46,597 bases of DNA from Octopus bimaculoides (Eukaryota), in contig NC_068994.1 in the NCBI RefSeq assembly GCF_001194135.2, positions 30,771,281 to 30,817,877 on the forward strand, written 5' to 3'. Below the pieces are notes generated by a model. It saw only the letters and a program-made list of their open reading frames with translations, was not told the origin of the DNA and did not search any database. Within the stretch, counting starts at the first letter, position 1. Each line of letters begins with the position of its first letter. A program made the translations under genes and the position numbers. Of the stretch, positions 45,167-46,597 are shown piece by piece.

Positions 45167-45873
45167 CAAGGGCCCGGAAACAGGGGGTGCAGGTGGTACT
45201 CTTACACCCACTAAAATTTTTAGGGGCTGCAAAATCAAAATTTGCACCCCCCACATACTTTGTCAGGTTTAGAAAATAGTGTCTAAAAACTGATCTGTAA
45301 AAAGTTGCTTGAAGTTAGGTTCTCAAAATAAGAACAAAAGGACAAAAATATATAAATAAAAAGTCCCAAATGTTTACTAATGAAGCTAGTCATAAAATTC
45401 CCCAGGGAATTCTCCATAATGAAAACCCTTCACTGTCCAGCTATCCACATTCTTCATTTTCTCTTAATACTACAACTGACCCATCATCATCATCATCATT
45501 GCCATAATATTCAACTGCTACAACCATAACCACTACTACTATCAGGCCTTTCTTCCCACCACTCTCCACCTCAGTTTGAATGTCTACCTCACAGATNNNN
45601 NNNNNNNNNNNNNNNNNNNNNNNNNNNNNNNNNNNNNNNNNNNNNNNNNNNNNNNNNNNNNNNNNNNNNNNNNNNNNNNNNNNNNNNNNNNNNNNNNNNN
45701 NNNNNNNNNNNNNNNNNNNNNNNNNNNNNNNNNNNNNNNNNNNNNNNNNNNNNNNNNNNNNNNNNNNNNNNNNNNNNNNNNNNNNNNNNNNNNNNNNNNN
45801 CAATCTTTATATACAGGTTGTCTACTTCACTGTGTGTGTGTGTGTGTGTGCATACATACGTATATACATATAA

Positions 45874-45910
<37 letters not shown>

Positions 45911-46028
45911 CACACACATATATATACATATACATACATGCATATATATATATATATACATACATACATACACGCATGCATACATGCATGCATACATACA
46001 TGCATACATACATGCATACATACATACA

Positions 46029-46063
<35 letters not shown>

Positions 46064-46597
46064 TACCTACTTTCTCGTATACGAGTAAAGCCATTGTTAG
46101 AAAGAATCATTGAAATGAGTCGTTGATGATGCAATGCGAGTCCGTTGTATGACTCTTGAGCCCAGCGAAAGGTTTTCACATTCTATTGCATAATGCACAG
46201 CTGTGCTGACTGGCAGAAAGAACAGGNNNNNNNNNNNNNNNNNNNNNNNNNNNNNNNNNNNNNNNNNNNNNNNNNNNNNNNNNNNNNNNNNNNNNNNNNN
46301 NNNNNNNNNNNNNNNNNNNNNNNNNNCACACACGCACAAAGGTGCACATACGTACACACACGTATACGCATGGATGCATGTATTTATGAAAGCATGTATG
46401 ACTGTGAAATCGACTTGAAAATAATTTATTTACGTAAAAGCACATCCTTAACATAGCTAGGACCGCATTTCAAAGACTCTCATGTCTCCTGAGGCTCAAA
46501 AGATACTTTCTTCTCCATCAATTATCGTTACCCTACAACGGATATGTGTGTGTGCGTGACTGCGTGTGTCTGTGCATGTGTGTGTGTGTGTGTGTGT

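Larger units (their letters stand above)
15027..46326. other. Ten assembly gaps (N runs) scattered across this span
   Basis: 15027-15357, 17109-18073, 18830-18896, 21750-21847, 25407-25796, 39897-40013, 41369-41907, 43469-44189, 45597-45800, 46227-46326; mostly flanked by microsatellites. Confidence 1.

Overview
AT-rich, microsatellite- and gap-riddled animal genomic DNA. The SINE, LINE and MITE content looks like an octopus (coleoid cephalopod) assembly; this is inferred from repeat motifs, not from a search. One well-supported protein-coding gene lies on the + strand. The ORF track shows only its last exon, but I can join three GT-AG exons with matching phases, join(6124..6274,9554..9723,12787..14415), giving a 649-aa leucine-rich-repeat (RNI/AMN1-like) protein. 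Its N-terminus carries a BC-box/Cullin-box-like motif, so it is a candidate Cullin-RING E3 substrate receptor. A second, weaker spliced gene candidate runs on the - strand (four phase-compatible small exons, 29211 to 23743). The rest is transposon debris: RTE LINEs, four Penelope-like element (PLE) fragments, several tRNA-derived SINE families, mariner and maT-type Tc1/mariner pieces, hAT-Charlie MITEs, a solo LTR and foldback MITEs. Several PLE-associated minimal type-I hammerhead ribozyme motifs are present, one with an intact catalytic core at 32954-32987. CpG content appears to switch from depleted (about 1-30.5 kb) to retained (beyond about 31 kb). No rRNA, true tRNA gene or CRISPR array was seen. 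TE boundaries without TSDs are approximate.
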